Source of the DNA: an uncultured Desulfobacterales bacterium
GTDB lineage: Bacteria > Desulfobacterota > Desulfobacteria > Desulfobacterales > C00003060
Length of the DNA stretch: 64,000 nucleotides
Assembly (NCBI GenBank): GCA_964430705.1
Contig: CAYSGJ010000217.1
Span: forward strand, 218 to 64,217
Direction of reading: 5' to 3'
The notes under the pieces: generated by a model
The model's input: the letters and a program-made list of their open reading frames with translations, nothing else
What the model was told of the DNA's origin: nothing
The model's database searches: none
Program-made: the position numbers and the translations under genes
Shown: piece after piece, positions 34,688 to 45,643 of the stretch
Layout: every line of letters begins with the position of its first letter
Position numbering within the stretch: position 1 is the stretch's first letter

Positions 34688-35152
34688 TTAGCATCCCGCA
34701 GCCCCTCCCATGTGCCAGAGGTACAATCCCGTTTGCTCGTCGTATTGTCTGGCCAGAGCCGTTCCAGCCAGTTCGCGGAGACACATTTCGCCGGCATAGA
34801 CGATGGTTTCAGAAAAAATATGTCCCCCAAAGGCATTTCCTTGGGTGTCGGCAAAGACCCCGTGGGCATGCATTGCGGGTTTGCCGTCCTTGAGGGAAAT
34901 GTTGCCCGTGCAATAGAGGATTTCAAATGGACCCTCCTTTTTGAAGGTCACATATACCTGTTGTTTTTGATCGTAAGTGCCCAGGGTAACGGACATGACG
35001 GCACCGATAATGGAAAATACCGCCATCTGGATGCCGCCTTCGGCACAAAATTCCTCGACGGCGACCACCAGATCGGACTTGTGAGCGAATCTGCCCACTA
35101 AAGATCGCCCATGTTCAAACTCCCGGGCCGCGATTTTTCCAACCTTTTCCAT
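34688..35152 (-). CDS. PPC (DUF296) domain protein
   Basis: GTYDQKQQVYVTFKKEGPFEILYCTGNISLKDGKPAMHAHGVFADTQGNAFGGH matches the PPC/DUF296 fold pattern. Confidence 0.7.
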   Translation of the reverse strand: MEKVGKIAAREFEHGRSLVGRFAHKSDLVVAVEEFCAEGGIQMAVFSIIGAVMSVTLGTYDQKQQVYVTFKKEGPFEILYCTGNISLKDGKPAMHAHGVFADTQGNAFGGHIFSETIVYAGEMCLRELAGTALARQYDEQTGLYLWHMGGAAGC

Positions 35153-35419
35153 GGCACTTGAAGAAAGCAAAAAAGCAGACCATTTATAAAATTATTATGC
35201 ATACCACATTTGGCAGGTAAATCAAGCCGGATGTCCCGGCCAAATCCGCCGGCTGCCCGGTTTGCTGAAGATGACCATGATTTTTTTCGCAACGAATAAA
35301 AGGCTATCCTTTTTGTGATTGAATTTTTGACCATCCCAACGGTTGAGAACGGGGGAAGGGTACTGCCTGAAACGCTATTGACGCTGGATCCGGGCGGTGC
35401 TAACAAGGAAAACATTGCC

Positions 35420-36238
35420 ATGAATGCCAATGCCTTAAAAGAATTGTTGGATTTGGTGGCCTCCGGCCGAATGACGGTGAGTGAGGCCGTCTCAAAGCTC
35501 AAACGGTTGCCTTTTGAAAACCTTCACTATGCCCATGTGGACCATCACCGCTGTTTGCGAAAAGGCTTCCCTGAAGTCATTTTCGGAGAAGGAAAAACAG
35601 GGGGGCAGATTCTGGGGATTGCAAAGGCGCTGGTCGAGCAAGGGGACATCGTCATGGTAACCCGTCTTTCCCAAGACAAGGCGGACGTGGTGCAGGCGAC
35701 ATATCCCGATGCCGTCTATTACCCCGACGGTCGGATTCTCGTCTACAGCCCCAAGCCCCCGGAGCGTTTTTATAGAGGGCTTATTCTGGTCATTGCGGCG
35801 GGGACGTCCGACATTCCCGTTGCCGAAGAGGCTGCCGTGACATCAAAAACCATGGGGCATCCGGTAAAGACCCTGTATGATGTGGGCGTTTCTGGGATTC
35901 ATCGGCTTTTGGAGCACCACGCGTTGTGTACCCAAGCCACGGTGATCATTGTTGTAGCCGGCATGGAGGGGGCGCTTCCCAGTGTGGTGGGGGGCTTGGT
36001 GGACAAGCCGGTGATCGCCGTCCCTACCAGCATAGGCTACGGGGCCAGCTTTGGCGGGGTTACGGCCCTGCTTGGCATGCTCAACAGCTGTGCGTCCAAT
36101 GTGGCTGTGGTGAATATCGACAACGGCTTTGGGGCGGGTTACGTGGCTGCGTCGATCAATCGCTTGATAAATAACGCAACGGATGAATACGGAATGCCGG
36201 AAGAAAACAGCGAGAAAACACAAATTAAAAGCAGATGA
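35420..36238 (+). CDS. larB: nickel-pincer cofactor biosynthesis protein LarB (AIR-carboxylase-like)
   Basis: PurE-like core: LVIAAGTSDIPVAEEA...VVAGMEGALPSVVGGLVDKPVIAVPTSIGYGASFGG. Start placed at ATG 35420. Confidence 0.8.
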   Translation: MNANALKELLDLVASGRMTVSEAVSKLKRLPFENLHYAHVDHHRCLRKGFPEVIFGEGKTGGQILGIAKALVEQGDIVMVTRLSQDKADVVQATYPDAVYYPDGRILVYSPKPPERFYRGLILVIAAGTSDIPVAEEAAVTSKTMGHPVKTLYDVGVSGIHRLLEHHALCTQATVIIVVAGMEGALPSVVGGLVDKPVIAVPTSIGYGASFGGVTALLGMLNSCASNVAVVNIDNGFGAGYVAASINRLINNATDEYGMPEENSEKTQIKSR

Positions 36239-36254
36239 AAAACCGAGCCGGCAC

Positions 36255-36824
36255 TCAACCGTGCGTCTTGCGCGCTGAGCTTTTCTCCAAAAGCCATTGC
36301 ACGGCGTGCCACAGGTCTTCAGCGACATGGTCTGGCGTAATTCCCCTTTCTTTACACTGGTTCTCCGTTTTGGCGCCGTAACCTGTGCGAACGAGTATGA
36401 TTGTTCCGCACCCCGCATTTCGAGCGCATTCAATGTCCTTGAGGCTATCGCCGATCATGCTGGCCCTGGAAAGATTGATGTCATACCTTTGTTGGGCCTG
36501 AAGCATGAGGCCCGGCGCGGGTTTGCGACAGGCACACCCATCTTCCGGCATGTGTGGGCAGTATAGGACGGCTTCGATATGGCCTCCCTGATCGGCTACC
36601 GCGCCGGCCATGTTGTTGTGAATGTCTTGAAGGGCTTTTTCAGACACCATGTTTCGGTTGATCACGGATTGGTTGGTGATGACAAAAATACGATAACCCG
36701 CATAGGTCAGCCGTTGCAATGCATCCAGACTTCCGGGAATGAATTGGAATTCGGCCCAGCTCTTGACATAGTCAGCGCGATCCTGGTTGATGACCCCGTC
36801 CCTGTCCAGAAAAACGGTTTTCAA
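36255..36824 (-). CDS. gmhB: D,D-heptose 1,7-bisphosphate phosphatase / HAD-IIIA phosphatase
   Basis: FLDRDGVIN, ITNQS and the Zn-site CxC (CACRKPAPG). Confidence 0.85.
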   Translation of the reverse strand: MKTVFLDRDGVINQDRADYVKSWAEFQFIPGSLDALQRLTYAGYRIFVITNQSVINRNMVSEKALQDIHNNMAGAVADQGGHIEAVLYCPHMPEDGCACRKPAPGLMLQAQQRYDINLSRASMIGDSLKDIECARNAGCGTIILVRTGYGAKTENQCKERGITPDHVAEDLWHAVQWLLEKSSARKTHG

Positions 36825-36847
36825 GGTGTTCTCTTTTCACAGCAAGT

Positions 36848-37579
36848 TTATCGTGCTACCACGATGGCATCTGAAAATCCGTCGGACGCCAGTTTCTTTG
36901 CATACCGCCGCGCTTCATCGAGCGTTGAAAATTTTGCCACTCGCACCCTGTAAAAGGTTCCCTGATTGCTCTCATACAAAACAATATGCACATTGTCATA
37001 GGCTTTGGCCAGCGTGCTTTTGAGTGCCAAGGCGTTTGCTTGTTCTTTGAAGGCGCCCACCTGGAGTGTAAAATCACCGACATTATAGTTTCCGGGCACG
37101 TAAGCGGGTTCGCCGGTTCTTGTTGCCGGCGTCGTTTTTGGCGTCCCCAGAGCGACAATCTCAACCGGCGCTGTTCCCGGCCCTACCAAGCCGATCTTTC
37201 TGGCGGCTCCGTAGGACAAATCAATTATCCTGCCTCGAATAAAGGGTCCCCGGTCATTGATGCGAACCACAATGGTTTGGTCATTTCTCAGGTTGCGGAC
37301 CCTTACATAGGTTCCCAAAGGCAGGGTCTTGTGCGCGGCTGAAATTCCATGCATGTTATATATTTCGCCATTGGCCGTTTTTCGGCCGTGAAAGTCTTTA
37401 CCGTACCACGAAGCAATTCCCCGCTCACGAAAACCATGGGCATGTTTTATGGGCTGATACCAGGTCCTGCCAATCTTATATGGCGCGGGCAGGCCGGGCC
37501 TGGCCGTGGGTTTTTTTTCCGGAGCGGCGCAGCCAATGAAAAAAAATATCAAAACAACCGGTAAGGGGAAAAACCGCAT
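36848..37579 (-). CDS. rlpA: septal ring lytic transglycosylase RlpA with SPOR domain
   Basis: Lipoprotein signal (FFFIGC); DPBB core GIASWYGKDFHGRKTANGEIY...NDRGPF; C-terminal SPOR (FTLQVGAF). Confidence 0.88.
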   Translation of the reverse strand: MRFFPLPVVLIFFFIGCAAPEKKPTARPGLPAPYKIGRTWYQPIKHAHGFRERGIASWYGKDFHGRKTANGEIYNMHGISAAHKTLPLGTYVRVRNLRNDQTIVVRINDRGPFIRGRIIDLSYGAARKIGLVGPGTAPVEIVALGTPKTTPATRTGEPAYVPGNYNVGDFTLQVGAFKEQANALALKSTLAKAYDNVHIVLYESNQGTFYRVRVAKFSTLDEARRYAKKLASDGFSDAIVVAR

Positions 37580-37699
37580 GGGGCAATTCCGTGGTCCTTT
37601 CGCTCGAGGTGTTCGAATTCCGTGGTTTTGCATTGCGATCATCCTCTTGCGTTGAGAAGATGGTCGGCATTTTTGGGAATAGACGCCCAAGTGCTCGGT

Positions 37700-38101
37700 T
37701 CAGGTGGTCAAAACATTATCCTCAATGAATTGGACGATGGCGCCGGTGGAGGTTCCCGGACCGAATAGGGCCTTAATGCCCGCCTCTTTCAGTGGCGGCA
37801 TATCTTCTGCCGGGATAATGCCTCCCCCGATTACCAGAATATCGGTGGCGCCTGCTTCCTTCAGGAGGTCCATGACTCTGGGGAAAAGGTATTCGTGAGC
37901 GCCTGACAATACACTCATAGCGATGACATCAACACCTTCTTGGATGGCCGCATGGACGATCTGTTCCGGGGTTTGACGCAGTCCCGTGTAGATCACCTCC
38001 ATGCCGGCGTCGCGCAGGGCGTAACAAATGACTTTTATCCCCCGGTCGTGGCCGTCGAGGCCTGGTTTAGCTGCTAGTACACGAATCTTTTTTTTGTTCA
38101 T
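37700..38101 (-). CDS. methylmalonyl-CoA mutase, cobalamin-binding small subunit
   Basis: DxHxxG B12 motif (LDGHDRG) and a 133-aa Rossmann-like domain. Confidence 0.88.
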   Translation of the reverse strand: MNKKKIRVLAAKPGLDGHDRGIKVICYALRDAGMEVIYTGLRQTPEQIVHAAIQEGVDVIAMSVLSGAHEYLFPRVMDLLKEAGATDILVIGGGIIPAEDMPPLKEAGIKALFGPGTSTGAIVQFIEDNVLTT

Positions 38102-38188
38102 TGGTTTTCAATCATCGATTGTCTTGTGCCGGAGTGTCGCGGATCTCCTGATCCAATGTCCGGCCGTGAGGCCTTGAGACACTGAATG

Positions 38189-39865
38189 CTACAGGGTTGA
38201 TACCGCCTTATATTCCCCAAACACGGTCCTTAAGGTATGGCAAATTTCTCCCAAAGTGGCATAGCACCGCACGGCCTCTAAAATAGGCGGCATGAGGTTA
38301 TCTGTTCCTCGGGCAAATCGTTCAAGGTTTTCCAGGGCGGCGGTGACTGTTTTAGCGTCCCGTCGGCGTTTTACCTCCGTCAGCTTTTCTGTTTGAGATC
38401 CCCGAACTGCCGGATCTACACGGAGCAGATTGGCCAGCGGGGGTTCTTCTTGCTGGAACTTGTTTAGGCCGATAACCACCTGATCATCCGTCTCGATGGC
38501 CCGCTGATAGTGATAAGCACTTTCTTGAATTTCTTTTTGGATGAAGCCCTGTTCAATCGAAGCCACCGCACCGCCTTTTTTTTCAATTTGGTCCAAATAT
38601 ATCTGGGCCTGTTGTTCCATCTCATTGGTCAGGTGTTCCACAAAGAAAGAACCGCCCAAAGGATCAACTGTGTTGGCGACACTGGATTCGTATGCGATGA
38701 CTTGCTGAGTTCGCAGCGCGATCTGCACGGCTTCTTCTCGGGGAAGCGAAAACGCTTCATCCATGGAGTTCGTATGAAGAGATTGGGTGCCGCCTAGCAC
38801 GGCCGAAAGGGCCTGAAGGGTTACGCGCATGACGTTGTTTTGCGGTTGCTGAGCGGTTAGCGTGCAGCCGGCCGTTTGGGTGTGAAATCGCAGCATCAGC
38901 GATTTTGGGTTTTTTGCGCCAAAACGGTCCTTCATGATGCGGGCCCACAATCGGCGGGCGGCCCTGAACTTGGCGATTTCCTCAAAAAAATCCATGTGGG
39001 CATTGAAAAAAAACGAAAGCCGCGGGGCAAACGCGTCTACTGCAAGTCCTGCGTTGATGGCTGCTTCCACGTAAGCGATCCCATTGCCGAGGGTAAAGGC
39101 CAGTTCCTGCACGGCCGTAGAGCCTGCCTCGCGAATATGGTATCCGCTGATGCTGATCGTATTCCATGAGGGCACATTCCGGGAACAAAAAGCGAATATA
39201 TCCGTAATAATGCGCATCGAAGGCCCGGGAGGGAAGATATAGGTTCCCCGGGCGGCGTATTCTTTCAGGATATCGTTTTGGATGGTTCCTTTAAGCTTGG
39301 CGGCAGGGATGCCCTGTTTTGCAGCGGTTTCTATGTACATGGCAAGCAGGATGGCCGCCGGCGCATTGATGGTCATGGATGTGCTGACTTTATCCAACGG
39401 GATGCCGTCGAAAAGCGCCTCCATGTCAGCAAGAGAATCAATAGCTACGCCCACCTTCCCCACCTCGCCCTGGGCCAAAGGATGGTCGGAATCATATCCG
39501 ATCTGGGTTGGCAGATCAAAGGCCACGCTCAAGCCTGTCTGTCCGTGTTCCAGGAGATACTTGTAGCGTTTATTCGATTCTTCAGCGCTGGCAAACCCGG
39601 CATACTGGCGCATAGTCCAGAACCGGCCCCGGTACATGGTGGGCTGCACCCCGCGGGTGTAGGGGAATTCTCCGGGAAATCCAAGGTCTTCCAGATAATC
39701 TGCGTCTGCCTGCTCTACAGGAGTAAGGACCCGTTCTACCGGGATCCCGGAGAGTGTTTCAAAACGATGTCTACGCTCGGGCCGCTTGGAAACCAGGCCG
39801 GCTGTTTTTTGGGTCCATTGTTCAGCAGTGTTTTTGATGGTTTTGAGCTTCTTTTTATCGTACAT
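38189..39865 (-). CDS. methylmalonyl-CoA (acyl-CoA) mutase, large catalytic subunit
   Basis: 558-aa TIM-barrel mutase pattern (FPYTRG, RQYAGF, SISGYH, TQTAG). The exact substrate (methylmalonyl- versus isobutyryl-CoA) cannot be determined by eye. Confidence 0.88.
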   Translation of the reverse strand: MYDKKKLKTIKNTAEQWTQKTAGLVSKRPERRHRFETLSGIPVERVLTPVEQADADYLEDLGFPGEFPYTRGVQPTMYRGRFWTMRQYAGFASAEESNKRYKYLLEHGQTGLSVAFDLPTQIGYDSDHPLAQGEVGKVGVAIDSLADMEALFDGIPLDKVSTSMTINAPAAILLAMYIETAAKQGIPAAKLKGTIQNDILKEYAARGTYIFPPGPSMRIITDIFAFCSRNVPSWNTISISGYHIREAGSTAVQELAFTLGNGIAYVEAAINAGLAVDAFAPRLSFFFNAHMDFFEEIAKFRAARRLWARIMKDRFGAKNPKSLMLRFHTQTAGCTLTAQQPQNNVMRVTLQALSAVLGGTQSLHTNSMDEAFSLPREEAVQIALRTQQVIAYESSVANTVDPLGGSFFVEHLTNEMEQQAQIYLDQIEKKGGAVASIEQGFIQKEIQESAYHYQRAIETDDQVVIGLNKFQQEEPPLANLLRVDPAVRGSQTEKLTEVKRRRDAKTVTAALENLERFARGTDNLMPPILEAVRCYATLGEICHTLRTVFGEYKAVSTL

Positions 39866-40022
39866 CGCATGGCTCCGAAATCAAAGGTTCCGGCTTGAAA
39901 GCTTCATGGGACAGAGGGTTTCCCAGCTGCTTTTTTTATTTACCCCTTCCTCCAAACAGGTTCCAAAAGGTACTTGGTCGTTTTTTGCCCAAAGCCCGTT
40001 CTCGATATTCCGGGCAATGGAA

Positions 40023-41573
40023 CTACAGCGGCAAATTATCATGTTTTTTCTTGGGCATGGCATCTTCCTTGTTTTTCAAGGATTCCAAGGCCCTGATCAA
40101 TTTGGGTCGCGTGTGTTCCGGCAAGATGATTTCATCGATGAATCCCATCTCGGCTGCGCGATAAGGACTGGCAAAGGTCTTTCTGTATTCATCTATCATT
40201 TCCGTTTGTTTTTGGGCCGGATCCTCGGCGGCACTAATTTCCTTTTTAAACACGACGTTAACGGCGCCTTCAGGGCCCATAACCGCTATTTCCGCTGAGG
40301 GATAGGCAAAATTGATATCCCCCCAAAGGTGTTTGCTGGACATGACGATGTACGCCCCGCCGTAGGCCTTGCGGGTGATCACCGTGATTTTGGGTACTAC
40401 GGCCTCGCAAAACGCGTAAATGAGTTTGGCGCCGTGTTTGATAATGCCTCCGAATTCTTGGGCTGTTCCCGGCAGAAATCCGGGCACATCACAAAAAGTA
40501 ATCAGGGGAACATTGAAACAATCGCAAAATCTGACAAACCTGGCGCCTTTGACGGAGGCGTTGATATCAAGGCAGCCGGCGTAAAACGATGGTTGGTTGG
40601 CTACGATGCCCACGGTCATACCGTTTAAGCGGGCAAACCCGACAATAATGTTGGGCGCGTAACGGGCCTGGACCTCAAAGAAGGCATGGTTGTCCACCGC
40701 GGAAGTAATGATCTGGCGCATATCATAGGGGTGCTTGGGGCTTTCCGGGATGACGTTCCGTAGTGCTATGTCAATCCTGTTCGGATCATCCGTGGCCTCA
40801 ACCGTCGGGGGTTTTTCTCGGTAGTTTTGGGGCAGAAAACCCAACAGGTGGCGGATCATCATCAGGACTTCCTGGTCGTTTTGACCTGCGAAATGGGCCA
40901 CGCCGCTGGTGGCGTTATGGGTCATGGCGCCGCCCAGCGTTTCAGCGGTTACTTCTTCGTGGGTGACCGTTTTGATGACCTGGGGGCCTGTAATGAACAT
41001 GTAGCTCGTATTTTCCACCATGAAGATAAAATCCGTTAGGGCGGGCGAATAGACCGCCCCGCCTGCACATGGGCCCATGATGGCGGTGATCTGCGGGATC
41101 ACGCCGCTGGCCAGCACGTTGCGCATGAAAATGTTGCCGTACCCGGCCAGGCTGGACACACCTTCCTGGATGCGAGCACCCCCGGAATCGTTTATTCCAA
41201 TGAAAGGAGCCCCGTTTTTGCGGGACAAGTCCATGACTTTACATATTTTTTCGCTTACCGCCAGGCTGAGCGATCCTCCCAGGATGGTGAAGTCCTGGGC
41301 ATAGACATACACCAGGCGACCGTCAATCCGACCATATCCCGTCACTACACCGTCTCCGGGAAATCGCTTTTTGTCCAAGCCGAAATCTGTGGCCTGGTGG
41401 CGTTTGAATTTGTCCAGCTCTTCAAAGCTGCCCTGATCCAAGAGGGCAAAAAGGCGTTCCCGAGCGGTCCACTTGCCTTTTTTGTGCTGGGTTTCAATGC
41501 GGTCTTGGCCGCCGCCCAATTCGGCTTCAGCGTTTTTGTCGATCAGTGCTTGGTACTTTTCTTCCTGGGACAT
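40023..41573 (-). CDS. methylmalonyl-CoA carboxyltransferase / propionyl-CoA carboxylase beta subunit
   Basis: 516-aa carboxyltransferase pattern ([30 protein letters not shown]). Confidence 0.9.
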   Translation of the reverse strand: MSQEEKYQALIDKNAEAELGGGQDRIETQHKKGKWTARERLFALLDQGSFEELDKFKRHQATDFGLDKKRFPGDGVVTGYGRIDGRLVYVYAQDFTILGGSLSLAVSEKICKVMDLSRKNGAPFIGINDSGGARIQEGVSSLAGYGNIFMRNVLASGVIPQITAIMGPCAGGAVYSPALTDFIFMVENTSYMFITGPQVIKTVTHEEVTAETLGGAMTHNATSGVAHFAGQNDQEVLMMIRHLLGFLPQNYREKPPTVEATDDPNRIDIALRNVIPESPKHPYDMRQIITSAVDNHAFFEVQARYAPNIIVGFARLNGMTVGIVANQPSFYAGCLDINASVKGARFVRFCDCFNVPLITFCDVPGFLPGTAQEFGGIIKHGAKLIYAFCEAVVPKITVITRKAYGGAYIVMSSKHLWGDINFAYPSAEIAVMGPEGAVNVVFKKEISAAEDPAQKQTEMIDEYRKTFASPYRAAEMGFIDEIILPEHTRPKLIRALESLKNKEDAMPKKKHDNLPL

Positions 41574-41629
41574 GGTTTTTCTCCGGCAATGACATTTTCC
41601 CGTACATATGGTAAGGGAGGCTCTTGTTC

Positions 41630-42088
41630 CTAGCTCTCATCAATGGTCATCAGGCGTTGGTCGGTGGCGACACGATCGCCTTTTTTGACAAAGATTTCAT
41701 TGATTGTACCGCCGACGGGCGCGGGGATTTCGTTTTCCATTTTCATGGCCTCGATTTTGGCTACCGGGGTGCCCCCCGCAACTGTATCTCCCACAGAGAC
41801 CATGATTTCCAATACGAGTCCCGGCATGGGAGAAACGACTTGTCCTCCTGCGGGAGGGGAAAGGACCGGGGCTTGGGCTGGTTGAGTCGGCGCCGGCGCC
41901 TTGGGCTGGACGGCATGCGGTGGCGCCGGGGGAGCTTGTGGTGAAAAAACGGCTGCGGCTGCTTTTTTCACATCAATTTCGTACGGTTTTCCGTTAACAT
42001 TCACCACCGCTTGTTTTCCGTCGAACTTCTCAATATCTACTTTGTAATCTTTTCCGCCCACCTTGATCTCAAATGTCTTCATGACCAT
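41630..42088 (-). CDS. biotin carboxyl carrier (1.3S-type) protein
   Basis: C-terminal biotinyl domain with the EAMKMENE motif, preceded by an Ala/Pro-rich linker. Confidence 0.88.
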   Translation of the reverse strand: MVMKTFEIKVGGKDYKVDIEKFDGKQAVVNVNGKPYEIDVKKAAAAVFSPQAPPAPPHAVQPKAPAPTQPAQAPVLSPPAGGQVVSPMPGLVLEIMVSVGDTVAGGTPVAKIEAMKMENEIPAPVGGTINEIFVKKGDRVATDQRLMTIDES

Positions 42089-42470
42089 TACAGCTCTCCA
42101 TGTTGAATGTAAACCGCTCCACAGGACTTTGTCCGAAATACTTTTATGAGTCTATAGAAAAAAGGGTATCCAGGCGATTATGAATACCCTGGTGGATCTC
42201 GTGTTTTGAAACAACGTGCTGAGTCGTTTTGGGTTTCACGAACAACATACTGTTGAAACGCCGGCGACGGGCAAAAACACGCAAAAACACCAGTAGGCCA
42301 ACATAAAAGTATTCTCCTACAATATCAACTGGTTTTCACAAATTCCAGTCATCTGTGGACTATGTACCATAACCGCCAGATTTTTCAAGGCTAAAGTAGG
42401 ATAGCGAAGCGAGGTCTTGATTGGTTTTTGAATTGAAGGGCGACGGGGAAATGACCCATCCGGGAACCAT

Positions 42471-43343
42471 TTAATTGAACTGACCTACAAATCCTTCTAC
42501 GTCTATTTTTAATCCATAAATGTCCGCCATTAATGTCAGGAACCCTTCTTCGTCCAAGCCCAGATTGGTTTGGACGGCCTCTGCAATGCCTTTTCTGGCG
42601 TCATTGCCGAGATTATCGGAAGACAGCGTGGCCACCAGGTTTGCCAGGCAGATCATGCGTTGAAAAGGTTTTGGCGGACCGGCCTCCCGTGAGGCCGACA
42701 GATCTTGTAGCGTATGAAATTCACACGCTTTCTTAATTTGTTTCGGCAGTCTCCAGTGGTTACATAGCAGGGTCCCCAGGTAGCCGCTTGATGGGTATGA
42801 AAAGTGAATGACCGCATCGGTGAACGTACAGCCATGTTTGCTGCAGAATTCGGTGACGGCGGCATGATGATTTGGAAAGAACTTCAGGTAAACCAGCTTG
42901 CCGATGTCGTGGAGCATGGCCGCAGGCCACAATTCCTCATGGGACAACAAAGGTTCAAACTTCTTGGCAAGATGTTTTGCGCATGTGGCGGTCAAAAAAG
43001 AGTGAAACCAGAATCTATCAAGCGCCTTTTTTTCCTTGACCGCCAGGCTGTTCACAACAGCCAGTGAAAGGACGATACGATAAACTTCGTTGAGCCCCAG
43101 AAAGGCCACGGCCATCCGTACCTTTGTAATGTCGGCTGGAATGCCGTAATAGGCTGAGTTTACTACCTTGAGAACTTGGGCCAAGAGGCCCGGGTCGCCG
43201 CTGATGGCATCGGCGATTTTGTTAAGATCCACATTGCTGTCCTGAATCAAACCCTGAACTTTGCCTATGACTTCAGGCAAGGCTGGAAGGGTGCAGTGCT
43301 GACGAAGAAATGTTTTCGGATTAATCTCAAGAGGGGCTAACAA
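42471..43343 (-). CDS. HDOD domain signalling protein (second copy in the window)
   Basis: LPALPEVIGKVQGLIQDSNVDLNKIADAISGDPGLLAQVLKVVNSAYYG and MLHDIGKLV. TTG start after AAGGAG. Confidence 0.85.
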   Translation of the reverse strand: MLAPLEINPKTFLRQHCTLPALPEVIGKVQGLIQDSNVDLNKIADAISGDPGLLAQVLKVVNSAYYGIPADITKVRMAVAFLGLNEVYRIVLSLAVVNSLAVKEKKALDRFWFHSFLTATCAKHLAKKFEPLLSHEELWPAAMLHDIGKLVYLKFFPNHHAAVTEFCSKHGCTFTDAVIHFSYPSSGYLGTLLCNHWRLPKQIKKACEFHTLQDLSASREAGPPKPFQRMICLANLVATLSSDNLGNDARKGIAEAVQTNLGLDEEGFLTLMADIYGLKIDVEGFVGQFN

Positions 43344-43465
43344 GGCATTACACTCCTTAATAATATCTGTGTTTCATTGATTTCGACCAAAAGACCCTTT
43401 TTCTTTAGCAGGAACGGCTTCCGGACAACACAATGGATATTGTGATCCGTATTTGGATCCGGACG

Positions 43466-45418
43466 CTACATGGAAAGCAGATAGGTTCTCAAGTTTACGC
43501 GTTTGTTTTTAATGCCCAGTTTTTTTCTGATATTATCCCGGTGAAATTCAACGGTTTTTGGGGAAAGCAGCATGAATTGAGCGATCTCTTTGCTGGTCCT
43601 TCCGTCCTTTACGAGATTTGCCACCTGGATCTCCGTGGGCGTAAGCCCCAGGAATTTTGACGACAGTTTTTTTGCAAAAGGAGAAATAATCTCATGCAAA
43701 TTCGATTCCAATATTTGGACACAGGAATCTTGAATGCCATCCAGCGAGGTCTTTTTGAGCCTTTCCAAATAGGGCGTCACAAGATCTTTAATGTTGGATA
43801 AAACCTTTTCCTCAATTTCTATTTTATCCCGTTCCCGCTCCTGCAACAATACCCGCAGCGCCGTATTGACTTCTTCCAAGTTCCGGGTCTTGGCTTGCAA
43901 CTCGGCGTCCGCTTTCTTCAGCGCCAGCTCTTTTTGTTTTCTTTCGGTAATGTCGCTTCCGGAGCTAAGGGCGCCTAAGGTCATGCCCCGGTCGTCGGTC
44001 AGCAAGGCATTGTGCCATGCGATAATGCGTTCCCGGCCGTCTTTGGTGAGCACGGAATTTTCGTGGTGTTCGTACGGTTGCATTTGTCCGGCCATGAGTT
44101 TTTGAAAAACCGCCTCCGTGTCGTGTCTCATCCTTGCGGGAAGAAAGGCGTCAAACCAGTTTTTTCCAATGATCTGCTTTTCGTTGTACCCGAGAACGTC
44201 GCATCCTTTCCTGTTAATCAACGTCACGGTTCCTTGCACATCGAGGGTTAAGATAATCACTCCCGCAATGTCGAGATATTTCTGTGCCCTGTCCCGTTGT
44301 CTCTTAAGGGCGCCCTCGATCTGCTTGTGCTGCGTGATGTCGGAGACGATGGCCATGGTGGCGGGGCGGCCCCGGTATTGAATGTTGTTGACGGACAACG
44401 CCAGGTTTTTCGTTGTTCCGTCTCGGCAGAGAGACTCGATTTCGTAGGTGGAAGGCGCCGGCTTGCCCGCAGTCCTGGCCTTGTACCTCTGTTCAACCAG
44501 GGGCTGATATGCCGGCGCTATGAGATGGAGAAAATCCATGCCCAACAACTGTTCCACAGGATAGCCCGTGATGTCCGCCAACGCGTTGTTGACATACCTG
44601 AAAATTCGGTTTCGCAGAATTACCACCCCTACGTTGGCATGCTCCACCAGGGTGGAATACTTGGTTTCAGATTCCAACAATGCTTCCTGAATGTGTTGTT
44701 GGGATTCAATCTGCCGTGTCAACCGGTCATTGGCGGTTGCGAGGTCCGCCGTGCGTTTTGCCACCTGCCCCTCCAGGCCGGCCAATACCCCGTCCAGAGC
44801 TTTTTCCGCCGCGGCTCTTAGGCGCCGTTCCCTCAGGATGGCTCCTGTTTCCATGACCAGGAGCTGTAGCCGTTCAATGCGTTTTGGGGGAAATGCGTGC
44901 GGGGTGTCTGCGTAGACCATAATGCCCCCTTCAACCTGGCCGTTTACGGCCAACGGCAAGGCAAGGTTGGACCGGTAGCCCAGCTCAAGGGCATAGTCGC
45001 GCCAGGCTCGGAAGCCTTTGTCTTTTTCCAGGTCTGCATAACTGAACGCGGTTTTATCTAAAACGGCCAGGCTCATGGCACAACAGGCATCCGGCGAATC
45101 CGGCTCGGCGATTTTCAGCACCAGCCCGTCCAGGTATTTGTCGACACGGCCGGCAGACAGCATGGGTCTGATGTTGCCGGCTTCGTATCGGCCGTACCAT
45201 GCCATACAAAAGCCGTACTGGTTGACGATCTGTGTTAACAGTGCCTGGAGAAGATTTTCTTCCGACTCGTCAGGCCCAACGCCCCGGAGCGTGGCGAGAA
45301 CGGACTGATAGGCCGTATAGTCCTTTAGGGCTTGTTCGGCATCCGTGCAATCACGAATGGTTTTTTTCAGTGTGTTGATTTTTTGTTTCAGTTCTTCGTA
45401 GGTCGGCTTTTTGGCCAT
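43466..45418 (-). CDS. GAF/PAS-domain LuxR-family transcriptional regulator
   Basis: C-terminal LuxR HTH (LTPTEIQVANLVKDGRTSKEIAQFMLLSPKTVEFHRDNIRKKLG). Two PAS-like repeats and an N-terminal GAF-like region. Confidence 0.85.
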   Translation of the reverse strand: MAKKPTYEELKQKINTLKKTIRDCTDAEQALKDYTAYQSVLATLRGVGPDESEENLLQALLTQIVNQYGFCMAWYGRYEAGNIRPMLSAGRVDKYLDGLVLKIAEPDSPDACCAMSLAVLDKTAFSYADLEKDKGFRAWRDYALELGYRSNLALPLAVNGQVEGGIMVYADTPHAFPPKRIERLQLLVMETGAILRERRLRAAAEKALDGVLAGLEGQVAKRTADLATANDRLTRQIESQQHIQEALLESETKYSTLVEHANVGVVILRNRIFRYVNNALADITGYPVEQLLGMDFLHLIAPAYQPLVEQRYKARTAGKPAPSTYEIESLCRDGTTKNLALSVNNIQYRGRPATMAIVSDITQHKQIEGALKRQRDRAQKYLDIAGVIILTLDVQGTVTLINRKGCDVLGYNEKQIIGKNWFDAFLPARMRHDTEAVFQKLMAGQMQPYEHHENSVLTKDGRERIIAWHNALLTDDRGMTLGALSSGSDITERKQKELALKKADAELQAKTRNLEEVNTALRVLLQERERDKIEIEEKVLSNIKDLVTPYLERLKKTSLDGIQDSCVQILESNLHEIISPFAKKLSSKFLGLTPTEIQVANLVKDGRTSKEIAQFMLLSPKTVEFHRDNIRKKLGIKNKRVNLRTYLLSM

Positions 45419-45643
45419 GGGTATTGCCTTTGTGAAACTATGGGTTGATATAAAAGAACGATGCTTTTAGGAACCAACCTGCCCTACTTCCCCCGTTTGA
45501 AAAAATCTTCCCAAATTTCCTTTAAAAAAGGGGGACGTTATATGGACTCAAAAGTTTGTATAACGGTTCGGGTTTCATTTTTTTATAAGCTGCGGACCCA
45601 TGCCGCCGCCGTGGTGTTTGACGCGACCCCGTTTCCGCCTGTG

